The notes under the pieces: model-generated
What the model was told of the DNA's origin: nothing
What the model saw: the letters and a program-made list of their open reading frames with translations, nothing else
The model's database searches: none
Assembly (NCBI GenBank): GCA_963791605.1
Contig: CAWBTB010000002.1
Span: 108,887-172,886, forward strand
Source of the DNA: an uncultured Actinomycetota bacterium
GTDB lineage: Bacteria; Actinomycetota; Actinomycetes; Actinomycetales; Microbacteriaceae
Length of the DNA stretch: 64,000 nt
Reading direction: 5' to 3'
Position numbers and translations under genes: made by a program
In this document: one piece after another, positions 63,001-64,000 of the stretch
Layout: every line of letters starts with the position of its first letter
Position numbering within the stretch: the first letter of the stretch is position 1

Positions 63001-63730
63001 TCGCCGAACGTGAGGGTCTCGGCGCGCTTGATGCTCGGCACGAGCAGGGCGCGCGTGCCGTCCGGCTTCGGGATGTCGATGGCGATGCCGAGGTTGACGT
63101 GCGCGGGGGCGACGACGCTGGGCTTGCCGTCGACCTCGGCGTAGTACACGTTCTGACTCGGGAACTCCTTGAGCGCCTGGATCAGCGCCCAGCCGACGAG
63201 GTGCGTGAAGCTGACCTTGCCGCCGCGCGTGCGGGCCATGTGGTTGTTGATGACGATGCGGTTGTCGATCATCAGCTTCGCCGGGCACGGTGCGGACGCT
63301 GGTCGCGGTCGGGACGGTCAGCGACTCGTCCATGTTCGCGGCGAGGGCCTTCGGCATGCCGCGCAGCGGCGTGACCACGTCCTCGTGCTGCTCGGCGCCG
63401 GACTCGCCCGCGGCGCGATCCTGCGCCTGGGCGGGGATCGGAGCCTCGCGGGCGGGCTTGGTCGTGGTCCGGGCGACCGGCTGCTGACCGATCACCGGGA
63501 TCGGGGCCGTGACCGGGTGCGCCTCGGCGGCCGGATCCGCCGCCGCGGGTGCGGGCGCGGGAGCGGCGGCCGTCATCGGAGGGGTGGTAGTTCTCGAGGA
63601 CGGGCCACCACTCCTTGTCGACGGAGTTGCGATCGACTTTGAACTGTTCGTACAGCTCATCGACGAGCCAGGAATTGGCTCCGAACTCCCCGTCTCCCGA
63701 AGTCCCGGCGCCGGTCACCTGGCTCGACAC
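60044..63730 (-). CDS. kgd: Multifunctional 2-oxoglutarate decarboxylase/dehydrogenase Kgd (frameshifts near 63630, 63285 and 62665)
   Basis: [91 protein letters not shown]. Confidence 0.95.
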
Positions 63731-63890
63731 GCTCGATCGCCCTCTTTCATCGCTGAAGCAGGAGGTGGTTTCCGCGCCGGGCCTCTCCCGGGTATGGCCA
63801 CGCTCCGGGTGTCCAGCCTAACGTGTCGGCGACGCCCGCGACGCGCGTTCGTCCCGGTCCGTTCCGTCGCAGGACGACTACCCTGGGGGC

Positions 63891-64000
63891 ATGCAGTTCT
63901 CCGGTGAACGACCGATGGTGGATCTGACCTACTCGGACGTGTTCCTCGTCCCGCGCCATTCCGACGTGACCAGCCGGCTGCAGGTCGATCTGGCTCCGCA
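63891..64000 (+). CDS. guaB1: GuaB1-family IMP dehydrogenase-related protein, N-terminal fragment
   Basis: MQFSGERPMVDLTYSDVFLVPRHSDVTSRLQVDL. Confidence 0.8.
   Translation, partial: MQFSGERPMVDLTYSDVFLVPRHSDVTSRLQVDLAP

Noticed and set aside
57594-63272. 1892 aa minus-strand ORF
   Set aside because: Only the first ~200 aa are real (the Kgd acyltransferase-like part); the rest is off-frame read-through after an indel.

Overview
High-GC actinobacterial chromosome segment. Gene content and order point to Microbacteriaceae, probably Microbacterium. Left to right it carries: a galactofuranose cell-wall polysaccharide locus (glf end, wzm/wzt, two galactofuranosyltransferases, two O-antigen ligase/polymerase-like genes) with an intact-ended IS481 element; whiB, GT2/DUF5719, DUF3499, RDD, SpoIIM, aqpZ and furA-katG; the MoxR/DUF58 cluster; mtrA-mtrB-lpqB-comF-hpf; secA; alaA; a SAF/CpaE-like/HTH/Rv3235 cluster; pdtaS, whiB1, bcp, rsgA, aroA, sigH-rshA, an Eis-like acetyltransferase, a permease, kgd and the start of guaB1. 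Many core genes, secA above all, are broken by indels that look like read errors. The standout is a compositionally foreign ~6.8 kb islet just upstream of mtrA. It encodes one uninterrupted ~2,070-2,160 aa protein (helical N-terminus, duplicated TPR modules, beta-rich linker, STAND-type P-loop NTPase, C-terminal pseudokinase) plus a convergent small membrane protein. This is a candidate NLR-like defence or signalling system. Also notable are heavy iteration of the palindrome GGATCC in host DNA, a two-promoter/two-start layout at sigH, two perfect DnaA boxes in an uncharacterised cluster, and a perfect FurA-type operator. All calls are from reading the sequence; no searches were run.
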